Below, piece after piece: positions 61,633 through 64,000 of a DNA stretch of 64,000 bases. The stretch is from an uncultured candidate division Zixibacteria bacterium (GTDB taxonomy: Bacteria; Zixibacteria; MSB-5A5; GN15; PGXB01). A program made the translations under genes and the position numbers. Positions within the stretch are counted from its first letter, which is position 1, and the number at the start of each line of letters is the position of its first letter. The stretch covers positions 1,600,001 through 1,664,000 of the forward strand of contig OY969724.1 in assembly GCA_963702205.1 (NCBI GenBank), given 5' to 3'. The notes beneath the pieces are model-generated. The model did no database searches and was not told the origin of the DNA. It was given only the letters and a program-made list of their open reading frames with translations.

Positions 61633-62358
61633 TCACACTTTGTTTGCACGGAGTATGTTCTCGGTGACCACTTTGCCGTCGAGCAGATGTATTGTCCTCG
61701 TGCCGTAGTCGGCGTACTCGGGTGAGTGCGTCACCATGACTATGGTCGTACCGGTGGAGTGGAGGTCGGTCAAAAGTTTCATGACTTCATCGCCATGCGT
61801 CGTGTCAAGATTCCCGGTCGGTTCGTCGGCCAGAATTAGTTTTGGATTCGCGATTATGGCCCGTGAAACCGCCACCCTCTGTTGCTGACCCCCGGAAAGC
61901 TGCTGCGGGAAATGGTTGCGCCGCGCCATGAGGTTCATTCGTCCGAGAGTCTCTTCAACGCGTGTTTTGCGTTCACCGGACGAAACCCCAAGATAGAGCA
62001 AAGGCAGTTCGACATTTTCAAACACCGTCAACTCGTCGATCAGATTGAAGCTTTGGAACACGAAACCGATATTTCGCTTTCTGAGATTGGCGCGATTCCG
62101 CTCGCCGAATCCGGAAACTTCCGACCCCAGAAAATGGTAGTTGCCGGACGTTGGATTGTCCAGCAGGCCGAGGATGTTCAACAGCGTCGACTTGCCGCAA
62201 CCGGACGGGCCCATAATCGAAACGAACTCACCCGAACGAATCTCAATGCTGACATTATTCAGAGCCGACGTCTCCACTTCTTCGGTCGTATATAATTTGC
62301 AAAGTGATGACGTGTCGATCATCGCTTTGCCGTTGTCCGTCGTGCCGGTGGCATCCAT
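61633..62358 (-). CDS. ABC transporter ATP-binding protein (LolD/MacB type)
   Basis: GPSGCGKST, LSGGQQQR, ILADEPTGNLD, MVTH. Confidence 0.96.
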   Translation of the reverse strand: MDATGTTDNGKAMIDTSSLCKLYTTEEVETSALNNVSIEIRSGEFVSIMGPSGCGKSTLLNILGLLDNPTSGNYHFLGSEVSGFGERNRANLRKRNIGFVFQSFNLIDELTVFENVELPLLYLGVSSGERKTRVEETLGRMNLMARRNHFPQQLSGGQQQRVAVSRAIIANPKLILADEPTGNLDTTHGDEVMKLLTDLHSTGTTIVMVTHSPEYADYGTRTIHLLDGKVVTENILRANKV

Positions 62359-62381
62359 ATCAGGATTCCCCTTCCTTTCGG

Positions 62382-63689
62382 TTATTTGAGTACTAATTTT
62401 TCAAAGTCACTATAGTTATCGTACGACGACGTTATAACGCGCTCGCCGGGTTCGAGCCCGTCGAGCACTTCGTAGGTCGACGGATTCTGTCGGCCGAGTT
62501 TGATGTTTCTTCGTACGGCGAAGTCACCGGATGGGTCGACCACATAGATCCAGTTTCCGCCCGTGGCTTGATAAAAACCGCCGCGCGGAATGGTGATTGT
62601 CGTCGATGGTTCCCCCAGGGCCAGCCGCACCAGAACCGATTGCCCGCGTCGAAGGCCGGGAGGTGTATCGCCGTCGAAGACGAGGTCGATATCGAAGCGA
62701 TTGTCTTTTACTTCGGGGTAGACCTTCCTGACCATCAGATCGTATGACTCGCCGCCGATTTCACAGGTTCCGGCCAGACCCGTGGTGACCCGCGAGATAT
62801 AATACTCATCGACGGCGGCGCGCAGTTTGTAGCTGCCGAGGACGTCGATCTGTCCGAGCCGCACTCCTTCCGGTTTTAGTTCGCCGATTTCGGCGTTAAG
62901 ATTGCTGAGCTGGCCGGTGATGGGGGCGCGGAGCACGAGGTTATTGAATTTTTCTTTGACAATAGCCAGGTTTTGCTGCATCCGGGCGACCGACTGTTCC
63001 AATTGCTCGATTTGAAGCTGCCGCATTGTCGAATCCTGTTTCTGGCTTTCGGCGACGAGATCTTTGCGGGTGTTCCAGTAATCGAAATCGTCCCGGGCCT
63101 GCTGGAATTCCTCGTCGGAGATCATATCTTTCGCGCGCAGTTTTTTGGCCCGTTCATAGCTCCTCGTCTGGACGCCAATTTGGTAATTGACTTCCGCCGC
63201 CTGCTGGCTGAGAGCAAGACGATTCTGTTCCATAGCGAGGCGTGTGGCCCGAAGGTTGTTCATCTGATCGTAGAGGTCCGCCTCGCGAAACATCATTTCC
63301 ATCTGCACGTTGGTGTTGGTCATGCGCAGCAGCGAATCGCCTTTGTTTACCAGGGCGCCTTCTTCAACATAGATCGCCTCGACCCGGCCGCCGTCGAGAG
63401 CGTCCATGTAAACCGTTTTGATCGGCTGAATGGTCCCCGTGACGGGGATGAATTCCTGAAAAAGGGATTGTTCGACGTCCGAGATTACGATTTTCTCGCG
63501 ATCGACGTTGAGCGTCGAGCGAATATCGGTGAATCCGATCAGGCTGATGATTATAATTATGACTACGGTTGCGGCCCCCCAGAAAATGAGACGCTTGCGC
63601 GGCCACCTCTTCCGTTCGATTTTGCGGTCCATTCCGGCCCGGTTTATTTCCGCGTTGTCGCCGGGCTCTTTTTCGACAGGGTATTTCAT
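62382..63689 (-). CDS. Efflux periplasmic adaptor (MacA/HlyD-like)
   Basis: MDRKI, TM anchor, GGRVE.IYVEEG, coiled coil, APITGQL, LGRQNP...GL.PGERVI. Confidence 0.93.
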   Translation of the reverse strand: MKYPVEKEPGDNAEINRAGMDRKIERKRWPRKRLIFWGAATVVIIIIISLIGFTDIRSTLNVDREKIVISDVEQSLFQEFIPVTGTIQPIKTVYMDALDGGRVEAIYVEEGALVNKGDSLLRMTNTNVQMEMMFREADLYDQMNNLRATRLAMEQNRLALSQQAAEVNYQIGVQTRSYERAKKLRAKDMISDEEFQQARDDFDYWNTRKDLVAESQKQDSTMRQLQIEQLEQSVARMQQNLAIVKEKFNNLVLRAPITGQLSNLNAEIGELKPEGVRLGQIDVLGSYKLRAAVDEYYISRVTTGLAGTCEIGGESYDLMVRKVYPEVKDNRFDIDLVFDGDTPPGLRRGQSVLVRLALGEPSTTITIPRGGFYQATGGNWIYVVDPSGDFAVRRNIKLGRQNPSTYEVLDGLEPGERVITSSYDNYSDFEKLVLK

Positions 63690-63704
63690 TTGCTTTTATA
63701 TATA

Positions 63705-63719
63705 TCAAATGGTGTGCCG
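63705..63719 (-). promoter_or_regulatory. Probable sigma54 promoter of the exporter operon
   Basis: Minus strand CGGCAC-ACCAT-TTGA just upstream of the adaptor ATG. Confidence 0.6.
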
Positions 63720-63902
63720 GTATTGTGCGCCAACGGGTTAGAGGCAGAGAGTGCCCATACCGGACACAGAAATATACGCTGGCGGACATCAAGTGTGCGA
63801 AAATGAACACTTCCGAGGCGAATGAGCTTGCGTATCTGCCTCGATAGTAATAAATTATGAAATCCAGAATTGAATCTGGAAAATCAGAATGCAGGACGAA
63901 TT

Positions 63903-64000
63903 ATGATCGATAAATCAAAATCAGCCTTCGATAAAATAGGCCGTGTCCTCGTGGTCGATGACGATGCTGACGTGCTTCAAGCGGCCCGACTTCTTTTCAA
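63903..64000 (+). CDS. Response regulator (3' partial), probably NtrC-family
   Basis: AGGA RBS; GRVLVVDDDADVLQAARLL; divergent from a sigma54-type promoter. Confidence 0.75.
   Translation, partial: MIDKSKSAFDKIGRVLVVDDDADVLQAARLLF

Overview
Bacterial chromosomal window, most consistent with a candidate-division Zixibacteria/FCB-group organism. This is an inference from the paired C-terminal dockerin-like repeats and an FlgD-Ig/T9SS-like tail. Layout: (1) 1-4.9 kb, accessory hotspot with a REP-associated tyrosine transposase (RAYT), many REP hairpins, AT-rich orphan genes and an IS256 with target-site duplication (TSD); (2) 5-10 kb, cmk-plsC-rpsA-mtaB; (3) 10-35.4 kb, sigma54-driven flagellar cluster (motE-like, fliK, flgD, flgE, flbD, fliLMNOPQR, flhBAFG, fliA; no motAB) followed by DUF2225, three PilZ proteins, two apparently ATPase-dead kinases, a mini chemoreceptor-tip protein and three single-domain response regulators; (4) tRNA-Ser(GCT) followed by a ~15 kb AT-rich island of four secreted dockerin-bearing proteins, ending at duplicated tRNA 3' ends; (5) 50-58.4 kb, second REP hotspot with two 384-bp REP-bounded att-containing units, cargo genes, an orphan RHS toxin cut by IS3, an LVIVD protein and a recombinase fragment; (6) 58.4-64 kb, a decaying MacAB-type ABC exporter operon and a divergent response regulator. 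The best candidate for a new system is the recurring architecture in which AT-rich cargo DNA sits between inward-facing 'hairpin+GGGCCACCC' REP ends next to a cognate RAYT, suggesting RAYT/REP-mediated gene-cassette capture. All assignments come from reading motifs; no database searches were run.
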